From assembly GCA_041484665.1 (NCBI GenBank), contig JBGPIA010000006.1:1-64000 (forward strand): a DNA stretch of 64,000 nucleotides, read 5' to 3'. The notes beneath the pieces are model-generated. The model had not been told where the DNA came from. It ran no database searches and saw nothing but the letters and a program-made list of their open reading frames with translations. The DNA is from Candidatus Krumholzibacteriia bacterium (GTDB lineage: Bacteria; Krumholzibacteriota; Krumholzibacteriia; JAJRXK01). Both the position numbers and the translations under genes were made by a program. Positions 9,600-19,348 of the stretch are shown piece by piece (the stretch's first letter is position 1; each line of letters begins with the position of its first letter).

Positions 9600-10754
9600 T
9601 CACAAGGCCTCCGATAGGGGGCTGGGGGTCAAGACCCTGCGTTCTTGGGTTTGGGGCCCCGAGTCCGCCCGCTCAATCTCCGAAAAGACCCTCCCAGCAA
9701 GCTCGTCATACTGCCGGCATAGTTCTGGGTTTCGCCGCCGGAAGCGGAACTCCCGCTCCGGCAGGGGCTCGTGTTCCACGAACGACAGGTTGGGAATGAA
9801 TGATGGTTGCGGATCGAACACGTGGATCATCTCCCCTACCGAGGCACCATGCTGGTTGAAGCCAGGGGCCTTGTTGAGCCGGGTGTCCAGTGGGCGGAAG
9901 TTGTGCCGTTCTTGCCTCCAGAATCGCCGGAGCTTCTGGTACATTGCTGGGCCGCCGAAGTACGCGACCTGGTGCGCATGGTGCAGCTGAAGTTTGTTGA
10001 GCTGTACCACGTCTCTCTGATTGGCAATTTCGACGTGTGTGGCGTCCTGGCAGCGCCCCCTGTAGTGCTCTGCGTCGAAGAGGAAGAGTGCGCAATCCGG
10101 AGCGATGGGCACGTGCGCCTGGAATCCAGGCGTCTGCAGGCCGAGGACGCCACGTCCCCGTATGAGTTTGAGATGCGGGTTGTAGAAAACGACAGGAGCA
10201 TCGCCAAAGCAGAATGGCAGCTCCAACCGATTGCGGAGCACGCACAGTGAAAGATCCGAGAGCAGGGTCGAACTCGCGAGTGCCTGCGCGATGGCCAGCA
10301 TGTGCGCTGGGTGCGGGTCCACGCTTACCAGATGAAGTTGCGCGAGAATCTCATCCCGGTGTGGAATCGATGGGTCGTTGAGCAGGTCAACGCGCATCAT
10401 CTCCCGCATAAGTTGCGAGTTCGCGGATGACATTCGAGACCGCTTGGCGAGCGTCCGCTCGTGCTGGAAGCTCACGAACGTGTGCAGCCCGACTTCCATG
10501 TCGTCGTCCAGTGGATGCTCCGGGGACGACGCGTAGACGCGGTCCAGCAACCCCGCGTGCCATGCATCGCCCACGGCAAACGCTTCTTCAATCTCTGAAT
10601 CACCGTAGAAGCGTCCGCGTGAGGATTGGCCCTTGATACTCGCCTGTGAGATATGCCTGCCGTCCTTCATGAGCAGCGCTTCGATGCTCCGGCGGTCCGC
10701 TGAGAATCTCCTGAAGAAGTACTGCGGAACGTAGTGGTGATTCCGACTGGGCAA
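9600..10754 (-). CDS. DUF4238-family protein
   Basis: N-terminal NHHYVPQYFFRRF and F.FGDAPVV motifs; visibly more AT-rich than the flanks; likely TTG start at 10754. Confidence 0.8.
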   Translation of the reverse strand: MPSRNHHYVPQYFFRRFSADRRSIEALLMKDGRHISQASIKGQSSRGRFYGDSEIEEAFAVGDAWHAGLLDRVYASSPEHPLDDDMEVGLHTFVSFQHERTLAKRSRMSSANSQLMREMMRVDLLNDPSIPHRDEILAQLHLVSVDPHPAHMLAIAQALASSTLLSDLSLCVLRNRLELPFCFGDAPVVFYNPHLKLIRGRGVLGLQTPGFQAHVPIAPDCALFLFDAEHYRGRCQDATHVEIANQRDVVQLNKLQLHHAHQVAYFGGPAMYQKLRRFWRQERHNFRPLDTRLNKAPGFNQHGASVGEMIHVFDPQPSFIPNLSFVEHEPLPEREFRFRRRNPELCRQYDELAGRVFSEIERADSGPQTQERRVLTPSPLSEAL

Positions 10755-11448
10755 TGGGAGTTCTCCGCGTGGTGTGAGTCGCCGTTCTCTCGTTACGAGT
10801 AGCAGGCGCACGCGCGTATTTCCAGTCTCTCGAAATCGAGGCCGCCCGCTCCCCGGCAGCGGCCGCCGGATTGCCCACCGGAGATGGCCTGCTCCGCAAG
10901 GCGAATTCAGCCCTATGTCCGGATTGGAGGATCCAAACTTGAGGATCGATTGTCGGCATTGCCGTGACTGGGCGGACGCGTCGAGCAGGCTCCCCATCAG
11001 GAACTCGACCCGACTGATGCCGTTCGGGAGCACGCTGACGAGCGAGTGCTGCTCGGCTGGAGGCAGCAGACCGAACCGCCGGGGCGAGGCTGGGGAGGCA
11101 CCGCTCGGAAAGGTGTCGCCTGCGCGGCTGCTGGCTACGCGGCGGTCCCCAGAGTGTTGAATACCGCTGGCATAGAGCCTGGCGAGTTATCCCTGGCGCG
11201 TCACGGCGGTTCTGGATTTCTCCCCACATGCTGCGCAGCATGTTGCGCCAGCGCCGCGCGTTTTTTCCGCCTGGTTTCCGCGGACACCGAATTAGCGAGT
11301 CGACTCGGTGCGAGCTCGCCGCCTAAGTCGTTGCAGCGTATTCCATTAAGTTGGTATGACGAGGCGCAAGATTCTCCTTGCCTCCCGCCTCCCAGGGGGG
11401 GGCAAGCAGCCCCCGCAGACTCGGCAGGACCTCGCGCGATCCACGCAC

Positions 11449-11502
11449 TCTGCGGTCTCCGCCGTGTCCGCCGTCTACGCAGTCTCCGCCGTCTCCGCGG
11501 TC
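11449..11502. repeat. 9-bp tandem repeat x6 (consensus tccgccgtc)
   Basis: tctgcggtc tccgccgtg tccgccgtc tacgcagtc tccgccgtc tccgcggtc. Confidence 0.8.
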
Positions 11503-11524
11503 CTTGCCCTCTTCCCCCGCCCCT

Positions 11525-13576
11525 CTACATCATCGCCGACGGCGGCGCCGGCTCCTCGGGGCTCCCGGCGTTGGCCAGCGGCACGCGCACGAGTACCCAC
11601 GTGATCAGTCCCAGGAACACCAGACCGACGATGTAGGACGGCGAATGGAAGATGGCTGGCAACGGCCAGTCGAAGAAGTTGCAGGTGGCCGTCACCAGCC
11701 CCGCAAGCGCCTCACCGGCAATCAGGCCCGAGGCGGCCAGGATGCCGACGTTCTCCACGCGGATCTTCTGGGCCTCGTTGTAGCCGCGCCGGGCGCGCAG
11801 GGTGTCGGTGATCCAGCGGATCACGCCGCCGATGAAGATCGCAAACGTGGTCTCCAGCGGCAGGTACATGCCCACGGCCACCAGCATCGGGCTGCGCACT
11901 CGCAACATGATCATCGCAAACCCCATCAGGATGCCCACGACCACCAGCGGCCAGGCCATCTGGCCCCCGACGATCCCCGAGGCCAGCGCCGCCATCAGCC
12001 CGGCCTGCGGCGCCGACAGCTTGGGGTCGCCGAACCCAATTCCGCCCTGCTTGATGTTGCCGTAGTGCAGGACCATCACGGGGAAGTACATCACGAGGCT
12101 GGCGCATACCACCGCGATCAGCTCCACGATCTGGATGCTGCGCGGCGTCCCGCCCAGGAACCAACCCACCTTGAAGTCCTGCAGCAGCTCGCCGGCCACG
12201 GCCGAGGAGACGCAGACCACGGCGGCCACGCCCAGGACGGCGACGATGCCTTTGGCCCCGGACACGCCAAGCGCGACCATCAACAGCGCCGCGATGATCA
12301 GCGTGGAGAGCGTCAGCCCCGAGATGGGGTTGTTCGACGATCCGATCATGCCGACCAGGTAGCCGGACACGGTCGCGAAGAAGAAGCCGGCCACGATCAT
12401 CACGATCGCCGCGACGATGCCGCCTGCGACGAGCCCCGACATATAGATATACAGCGCGGTCATCAGGACGAACGTCACGGCGATCAGCGCGAATACGGTT
12501 CGCCAGCTCATGTAGCGCTCGGTGCGGGCTACCTTGGCCTGGTCGGCCGCGCCGGTGCGCAACTCGCCGATCGCGCGCGACAGCCCGCCGACCAGATTCT
12601 TGCGCATCTTGTAGAGGGTGTAGCCGGCGCCGACCAGCATTCCACCCACTGCGATCGGGCGCACGATGAACCGCCAGACGGGAACGATCAGTCCACCCCA
12701 GGCCTCATCGCCCGTACCGGCCGGAAGCAGCGTCTGCAGCTGCGGCCCCAGCAGATAGATGATCAGGGGCACCATCAGGCCCCAGGCCAGCACGCCGCCC
12801 GAGAAGTTGAGGGCCGCCAGCTCGGGCCCGATGATGTAGCCGACCCCGAAGTACGCGGGGCTGATGCTGGGTGCGGCGAATTTCGTCACCCCGCCGGTGT
12901 TGATGGCGTTCGCCGCGGCTCCGGCTCCCAGCTTGATCTTGCTCAAGCCGATCCGTCCCACGTGGATGGGCACATCCTGGTCGGCCGCGAAGAGCTTGAC
13001 GGACCCCAGGAAATACACCAGCGCACCGAAGCCCATGTTCCAGAAAAGGAACCTGGCCGCCTGGCTGCCGCGCTGCCCCGCCTTGTGGATCTCGGCGGCC
13101 GCCACCGACTCGGGGAATGGCAGCGACTTGTCCTCGACCATGACGCGCCGCACCAGCGAGACGAACAGCACGCCCAGGACGCCGCCCACGATCATGAGCG
13201 CCGTGGATTTCCAGTAGGCGTCCTTGGGGCTGAACGAGGGCCACACGCCGGCGATCACGAAGGCGGGCAGCGTGAAGACCGCCCCCGCCGCCACCGACTC
13301 GCCGATGGAGCCGGCGGTCCTGGCGATGTTCTCCTCGAGAATCGATCCGCGGCGCATGCGCAGCACCGCCATGCTGATCACCGCCGCGGGATAGGTCGCG
13401 GCGATCGTCACGCCCGCGCGCAGGCCCAGGTAGGCGTTCGCGGCGCCCAGCACCAGCGTCATCACGAGGCCGGGGATGAGCGCCCGGAGCGTGAGCTCCT
13501 TCATGCTGACGGACTGGGGAACGTAGGGCTTGTGCTGTCCTTCGGGCTCGGATCCGGGCTCGACGCGCTTGCTCAT
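11525..13576 (-). CDS. OPT-family oligopeptide transporter
   Basis: ELTLRALI, NAYLGLRAG, ILEENIARTAGS, SSNNPISG and LQDFKVG motifs; many TM helices. Confidence 0.95.
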   Translation of the reverse strand: MSKRVEPGSEPEGQHKPYVPQSVSMKELTLRALIPGLVMTLVLGAANAYLGLRAGVTIAATYPAAVISMAVLRMRRGSILEENIARTAGSIGESVAAGAVFTLPAFVIAGVWPSFSPKDAYWKSTALMIVGGVLGVLFVSLVRRVMVEDKSLPFPESVAAAEIHKAGQRGSQAARFLFWNMGFGALVYFLGSVKLFAADQDVPIHVGRIGLSKIKLGAGAAANAINTGGVTKFAAPSISPAYFGVGYIIGPELAALNFSGGVLAWGLMVPLIIYLLGPQLQTLLPAGTGDEAWGGLIVPVWRFIVRPIAVGGMLVGAGYTLYKMRKNLVGGLSRAIGELRTGAADQAKVARTERYMSWRTVFALIAVTFVLMTALYIYMSGLVAGGIVAAIVMIVAGFFFATVSGYLVGMIGSSNNPISGLTLSTLIIAALLMVALGVSGAKGIVAVLGVAAVVCVSSAVAGELLQDFKVGWFLGGTPRSIQIVELIAVVCASLVMYFPVMVLHYGNIKQGGIGFGDPKLSAPQAGLMAALASGIVGGQMAWPLVVVGILMGFAMIMLRVRSPMLVAVGMYLPLETTFAIFIGGVIRWITDTLRARRGYNEAQKIRVENVGILAASGLIAGEALAGLVTATCNFFDWPLPAIFHSPSYIVGLVFLGLITWVLVRVPLANAGSPEEPAPPSAMM

Positions 13577-13915
13577 GACAGAGACGCCCTCCCATCGTGC
13601 AAGTGGTTCGGCGGACTCTAATTCGCTCGATTGCGCCTGTCAATCGAAGGAGCCGTCTGCACGAATCGATGCCGGCAGCTTCGCCACGACGATGGGCAGC
13701 TTCGGCAATGGGATCCAGGAATGGCGGGGTGCCGTGCTTTTCCGGCTCGGTCGCCTGGGCCCGCGCTGCACGTGGACCGGCGCTTCCTTGACCGGGTATC
13801 GACCGGACCGTAAATTCGACGCGTCCGATCCGAGTGGAGAACACGCCCGGCGAGCCGTCGCAGCGACACGGTTACCTCCCATCCGCTCGGTTTGGCCCCG
13901 ATTGGAGGCCATGCC

Positions 13916-14362
13916 ATGCGCGGTTTACTTTGCGACCTGGGACGCTGCCTCGCTCTGACGCTGCTGCTCGCGCTCCCCGGGCCTTGTCTCGCCGATCCCG
14001 ATCCATCGACACTGCTCGTCGGCAACTGGGAATGGGTGCGCTCCCGCGACGCGTGGACCCAGCAGATCTCCACACCCCTGACGGTCGGCTACACAGTCCA
14101 GCGGCGCTTCGATGCCGATCACACGCATCGGTTCTATCAGGACCAGCGGCTGCTGTTCACCTCTACTTGGGATTTTGGGACGAACGGGTTGGATCCGGAG
14201 ATCTGGCTCTACGTGGGCGGCTCGCAGTACTCGTACCAGGTCTCGGCCGACTCGCTGGTGCTGGACAACTCGCACGTCGACGGTCCGCGGGAAGTCTACG
14301 CGCGTCGCCAGGCGGTGCCGGGCAATGCGTCGACCTGGGGTGCGATCAAGCGACTCTTCTGA
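13916..14362 (+). CDS. Small secreted lipocalin-like protein with a C-terminal TWGxIK motif
   Basis: RBS ggagg, signal peptide, LVGNWEW motif, ends ..VPGNASTWGAIKRLF. Confidence 0.75.
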   Translation: MRGLLCDLGRCLALTLLLALPGPCLADPDPSTLLVGNWEWVRSRDAWTQQISTPLTVGYTVQRRFDADHTHRFYQDQRLLFTSTWDFGTNGLDPEIWLYVGGSQYSYQVSADSLVLDNSHVDGPREVYARRQAVPGNASTWGAIKRLF

Positions 14363-14509
14363 TCGGCACGCCGCTGATCGGCACGCCGCCCGCGCGACCT
14401 GGAAGTGGGAGCGGCCAGGCCCCGCCGCTGAACCCGGGGACTGCAGTGCTGGCGGACGCTCGCCCTCCTCGGAGCCCCCACCCCGCTCGGGCTCGCAGTC
14501 CTGAAGGTA

Positions 14510-14932
14510 CTATCCGTCGTAGCGCACCATCTGCAGCCTTGGTGCCGGGATCTGCTGTACCAGCCGGTGGATCAGTTCCAGTGGGTCCAGCTGCAGTTCG
14601 CGTTGGCCCGTGCGCGGGTCCACCGGGGTGCGCACCACCACGGCCTCGGCGGTCTCCCGCACGGCGTCCAGGCGCAACGGAGCCCGCGTCATGTAGCGCG
14701 CCAACTGCTCCAGGCCCGCGTTGTCGTCGGGCAAGATCGACGGGCCGACGTGCACCGAGAACCCTGAGTGCACGCAACCCAGCAGCGCGCGCTGGGTCTC
14801 TGCGGTCAACCGCTGCTCGCGCCGCAGCGCCCCCAGCACCAGCCGGCGGGAGAGCTCGGTCAGGGCGGCAGCGTCCCAGTGCCCGAGCCGCTCGAAGCGG
14901 CCGTCTACAGCGAAGGCGCCGCCGGTCACGAC
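14510..14932 (-). pseudogene. IS91/ISCR transposase, copy 3, internal fragment
   Basis: GAFAVDGRFER..WDAAALTEL..HSGFSVHVGP..LEQLARYMTRAP..QMVRYDG*, homologous to ~8285-8700. Confidence 0.9.
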
Positions 14933-14939
14933 GGCATGG

Positions 14940-15032
14940 AAAGCCCTTGCGATGTCACCGGATGGCGGTCTCGGGGCACACCACGACGCGGGATTCTCGC
15001 CAATCGCTCCGGATCTGCGACAGGATGACCCA
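14940..15032 (-). pseudogene. Remnant of an integrase-core (rve/DDE) transposase N-terminal region
   Basis: Manual translation WVILSQIRSDWRESRVVVCPETAIR*HRKGF resembles the conserved W..LSR.W..WR..L.IV.PETV.RWHR.GF segment, with W changed to stop. Confidence 0.65.
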
Positions 15033-15046
15033 GCGCGCGGCCCGAG

Positions 15047-15439
15047 CTACTCGTCGCACTTGCACCGCCTGGGATTAGAGGTGGCGTAGTGGAAGTGGAT
15101 CGCCTTGATGTGCAGCAGCGCCTGAGTGTCGACCTCCTCGACCATGCAGCGGCCCAGCAAACCCAGCCAGTAGTCCACCGAGTCCGCGGTCGACGAGGCG
15201 TCCGCCGCGACGAGGACCCGCTCGATATGACCGAGATCGCAGCCCACATCGCAGGTGGAGAAGCACCCGAGGCGATCTTGACGCGTGTCGCCTCCAAGAG
15301 GGTGCCCGAGCTTCTGTTCGAGCACCACGCCGCGGCCGTGGAGGTCGTGTGCCCACGCTGCAAGGACGGCCCAGCGCAGGCCCATCTTCTCCAGCACGGC
15401 GATCTCGACTCGGAGCGAATCGTCCATGGCTTCTGGCAT
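15047..15439 (-). CDS. Small Cys-rich hypothetical protein, possibly with two compensating frameshifts
   Basis: Open frame with CFSTCDVGC and a terminal CKC; an alternative frame over ~15270-15305 reads TLLEATRVKIASG. Confidence 0.55.
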   Translation of the reverse strand: MPEAMDDSLRVEIAVLEKMGLRWAVLAAWAHDLHGRGVVLEQKLGHPLGGDTRQDRLGCFSTCDVGCDLGHIERVLVAADASSTADSVDYWLGLLGRCMVEEVDTQALLHIKAIHFHYATSNPRRCKCDE

Positions 15440-15730
15440 GTCTGTCCCTTGCTTTCGATGCTCCGGGACGTGATCCACGCGCCCCTGTCTCTATTGAGTA
15501 GTCCGTCGGCTCTGGGAGTCCCATTCGCGAAGGTCCTGCGACGCACGATCGGTGGCCACGGTCAAGCTGACTCCACGCTTCCCGTTCCCAGCACTTCAGA
15601 GCCGCCGTTCCCTGGTCCGCGAAGACCTCGCCCTGGGACCGGGTCGACGACCTGGGCTGCTTGATCGGCGCCGCGGGCGGCCCGATGGTCGGGCCGCCCG
15701 TGCGCAGTCGAACGATGGGGCGCGAAGGGC

Positions 15731-17024
15731 CTACGCCGTCGCCCTCCGATCGGCCCGCTTCAGATCGCGCTTCTCGTCGCCCAGATAGACCTGGCGCGGC
15801 CGCGCGATCTTCTGCTCGGGATCCTGCAGCATCTCTTGCCACTGGGCGATCCAGCCGCTGGTGCGCGGGATGGCGAAGAGCACCGTAAAAGCATCCGTGG
15901 GGAAGCCCATGGCCTGGTAGATGATCCCCGAGTAGAAGTCGACGTTCGGGTACAGTTTACGTTGGATGAAGTACTCGTCCTGGAGCGCGATGCGCTCCAG
16001 CTCGATGGCGATGTCCAGCAGCTCGTTGCGCCCCGTGACCTCAAAGACGCTGTCGGCGATCTGCTTGATGATCTTCGCACGCGGATCGTAGTTCTTGTAC
16101 ACGCGGTGGCCGGAGCCCATGAGGCGCTCTTCGCACGCCTTCACCCGCTTTACGAAATCCGGCGCGGTCCTCTTGTTGCCGATCTTGCCCAGCATGAGTA
16201 GCATCTGCTCGATGGCGCCGCCGTGCAGCGGGCTGTACGGCGCCGCCGCGTCCGCCGGCCGTCGCCACGATCGGATCAGCGTGCGAGCTCCCGATGCTGC
16301 GCATGGCATTGGCGCTGCAGTTCTGCTCGTGATCCGCGTGCAGGATGAACAGCACGTCCAGGGCGTGCTCCAGCACCGGGTCAGGCTCGTATTTCAGCTC
16401 GGTCATCTTGAACATCATGTTCAAGAAGTTGCCCGTGTAGCTGAGCTCATTGTCAGGGTACACGTAGGGGAGGCCCAGCAGCTGGCGGTACGCGTACGCG
16501 GCGATGGTCGGCATCTTTCCGATCAGGCGATAGGTCTGCAGCCTGCGCGACTCGGGATCCTCGATCTGCCTGGCCTCGGGATAGAAGGTGGATAGCGCCG
16601 CGACGGTGCTCACGAGCATGCCCATCGGATGGGCGTCGTGGTGGAAGCCGTCCATGAACTTCTTGATGCTCTCGTGCAGCATCGTGTGGTGGATGATGTT
16701 CCACGTCCAGTCCGCAAGCTCCTTCTGCGTTGGGAGCTCGCCATACAGAACCAGGTAGGCCACCTCCAGATAGCTGCACTTCTCGGCGAGCTGCTCGATG
16801 GAATACCCGCGATACCGCAGGATCCCCTTGTCGCCGTCGATGAAACTGATGCGGCTCTCGCACGAAGCGGTGTTCATGAATGCTGGGCCATAGCTCATGA
16901 GGCCGAAATCGTCGTCGGCCACCTTGATCTTGCGCAGGTCGATCCCGCGAATCGTCCCGTGGGTGATGGGAAGGTTGTAGGTCTTCTCCGTGCGTTCGTC
17001 GGTCACCTTCAGAGAATCGGAAAC
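15731..17024 (-). pseudogene. gltA: Citrate synthase, frameshifted and degenerate
   Basis: [48 protein letters not shown] and RPRQ motifs split over two frames near 16260; likely start codon is GTT; conserved residues altered ([14 protein letters not shown]). Confidence 0.9.
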
Positions 17025-17309
17025 GGCGGCCGCCCTTCGTGAGGTGGGATGGAGGAACCTGGGCGGGCCTGACGGCGGCGCGTCAAGGGAGTGCCGCCGA
17101 CCATGGCCGCGTCAAGGCACCAATGCCTGATCTCACGAACTCCGCCCGCTCGGGCGCTGTCAGCGGGCTCCCGTGCGTGCCCGCCGAGCTTGCTGGCCGG
17201 CCGCGGCGCCTTTTTGTCTCTCTCCTCGAACCCTCGCACCTCCTCATGCGCGCACAGCGGCGCAGTGCGTCACCCTCACGGAGCCGCCCCACCACGCATT
17301 CCAGCCAGG

Positions 17310-17882
17310 TCATGCCAATCCCGTCTGGCTTGAGTGCCGGGACAGCTCCCCGCGTACCTCCGCGGCGATCCGTGCGGCTGCATGCGGCACAGCCTCCTCC
17401 ACCGCGCGCGTCATGCGCGTTCCGAAAGTGAAGGGATCTGCGACCGCGATGGCGTAGAGCCGCAGGAAGTACGGCACGGCGAGACCGAGCCGGCGGCCCA
17501 GGGCCAGGCCCTCGAGGAGGCCGATCTCGTGGCTGGAACCGGCCCGGAGCACCGGCCAAGGTGCACGAAGGTCGACGAGCTGGCACGCACCGGGCGTTCC
17601 GCCCTCCATCTGGATCGCGTCGATCACGACCGCAGCCCGGAAACCGACCAGTGTCTCGATCAGCTCGACGCCGCCCGTGGCCAGTTCGCGTAGCTCGATT
17701 CCAGGAAGGGCGAGCGTCTCGTGGACGCGGCGCGCGACCGCCAGTCCGACCGCATCGTCGCTCAGAAACGGATTTCCGAGCCCGACGATGATACCGCCTG
17801 CGAGCATGTCCTGCGCGCGGATCGGGCGGACGCCCGCGGCCGAAGCCGCGATCGCAGTCGTGTGCAGCTCGCCCGCGCTCAT
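17310..17882 (-). CDS. Hydrogenase maturation protease
   Basis: GLGNPFLSDDAVG, VIDA and SSHEIGL motifs; ATGA overlap with the large-subunit stop. Confidence 0.92.
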   Translation of the reverse strand: MSAGELHTTAIAASAAGVRPIRAQDMLAGGIIVGLGNPFLSDDAVGLAVARRVHETLALPGIELRELATGGVELIETLVGFRAAVVIDAIQMEGGTPGACQLVDLRAPWPVLRAGSSHEIGLLEGLALGRRLGLAVPYFLRLYAIAVADPFTFGTRMTRAVEEAVPHAAARIAAEVRGELSRHSSQTGLA

Positions 17883-19348
17883 TCTCGATCCCGGCGGATC
17901 ACGTTGAGCAGCTCTCCGCGACGGTCGAGGATGCGGGCCACGAGCGGCATGCGCCCAGGCAGGGTGTGTGTCGCGCACGCGTGGCACGGGTCGTAGGCGC
18001 GAAAGGCCATCTCGACCAGGTTCAGGAGACCGTCGTCCACCTGCCCCCCGTGGATTGCCCGCTTCGCCGCCTTCTCGACGGACATGGCGATCGGCGCCGC
18101 GTTGTGGTTCGTGGCGACGATCAGGTTGACTTTGGTCAGCATTCCCTGTGGATCGGTCCAGTAGTGGTGGATCAGCGTCCCGCGGGGGGCCTCGACGATC
18201 CCGACTCCCTCGCTGGGCGTCGCCGTGGGGACGGTGCGGATATCCCGCCCGGCGATATCGGCATCCGTAAGGAGAGCCTGCATCCGCTCGGCCGCCTGCA
18301 GTGCCTCGACCAGCCGTGCCCAGTGGAATGCCAGCGTGTGGTGCGCGGGCTTCCCTCCGAGCGTCTCGTACATGCGGTCGTGCTCCGCCTGGGCCAGCGG
18401 AGTGGCCATCCCGTCGGAAACGTTGAGGCGCGCGAGCGGCGCAACACGATAGACCCCGCTGCTGGGGCCGTCGACGAATCCCGCCCAGCCGATCTTTCGG
18501 AGGTAGGGAAAGGTGATGTAGCTCCAAGGCTCCACGTGCTCGGCGATGTGCTGCGCGTACTCTCGCGGGTGGAACTTCGCAACCTCGTTGCCGTTGGGGT
18601 GGACCACGCGCACGTCGCCATCGTAAAAGGCGACACGGTTCTGCCGGTCCACCATCCCCATGTAGTACGTCCTGTGCTGGTAGCCTTCGTCGACGACGAG
18701 CTCGAGGTTCGCCTTGTTTTCCAGCACGACCTGGTCGAACACCGTGAGGCTGAACCGGGCGAACTCGACCGCCTCGCTAGCGATCTCGAGGAAGCGCTGC
18801 CGCTCCTCCTCGGTGATCCCACGCGACACTCCGCCCGGCACCCCGAAGACGGGGTGGATCACCTTTCCCATCATGGTCTCGAGCATCTGCCGCACGGCGC
18901 GCCGAATGCCGATCACGCGGGAAGCGACGTCCAGGCCGACGGCGTCGATCACACCCAGGATGTTCCGCTTCGATCTGGGTGCCGTCGGCCCCACCACGAA
19001 GTCCGGCCCGCCGAGATAGTAGAAGTGGAGCGTGTGGTCCTCGAACATGAATGCGTTGTGCGCGAGTTCGCGGAGCTTCACCGCTGTCGGCGGCGGCTCG
19101 ACCTGCCAGAGGTCGTCGAGAGCCTTCGCGGAGGCGAGATGGTGGGCCGTTGGGCAGACCCCGCAGATCCGCGGCGTGATCTGTGCCATCTCCTCCGCGG
19201 GTCGGCCGAGGCAGAACGTCTCGAAGCCCCGCAGCTCGGGCACCTGGAAGTAAGCCCGCTCCACGTCTCCGGCATCGTCGAGGAAGATCTCGATCGTGCC
19301 GTGTCCCTCCAGCCGGGTGATGGGATTGATGCTGATCCGTTGGGTCAT
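17879..19348 (-). CDS. mvhA: [NiFe] hydrogenase large subunit, group 3c (Mvh type)
   Basis: PITRLEGHG, L1 RICGVCPTAH, EAPRGTLIHHY, L2 RAYDPCHACATH plus a cleavable C-terminal tail. Confidence 0.93.
   Translation of the reverse strand: MTQRISINPITRLEGHGTIEIFLDDAGDVERAYFQVPELRGFETFCLGRPAEEMAQITPRICGVCPTAHHLASAKALDDLWQVEPPPTAVKLRELAHNAFMFEDHTLHFYYLGGPDFVVGPTAPRSKRNILGVIDAVGLDVASRVIGIRRAVRQMLETMMGKVIHPVFGVPGGVSRGITEEERQRFLEIASEAVEFARFSLTVFDQVVLENKANLELVVDEGYQHRTYYMGMVDRQNRVAFYDGDVRVVHPNGNEVAKFHPREYAQHIAEHVEPWSYITFPYLRKIGWAGFVDGPSSGVYRVAPLARLNVSDGMATPLAQAEHDRMYETLGGKPAHHTLAFHWARLVEALQAAERMQALLTDADIAGRDIRTVPTATPSEGVGIVEAPRGTLIHHYWTDPQGMLTKVNLIVATNHNAAPIAMSVEKAAKRAIHGGQVDDGLLNLVEMAFRAYDPCHACATHTLPGRMPLVARILDRRGELLNVIRRDRE

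Noticed and set aside
10780..11140. Integron cassette with attC upstream of the DUF4238 gene
   Set aside because: No RYYYAAC...GTTRRRY palindrome found and no convincing ORF
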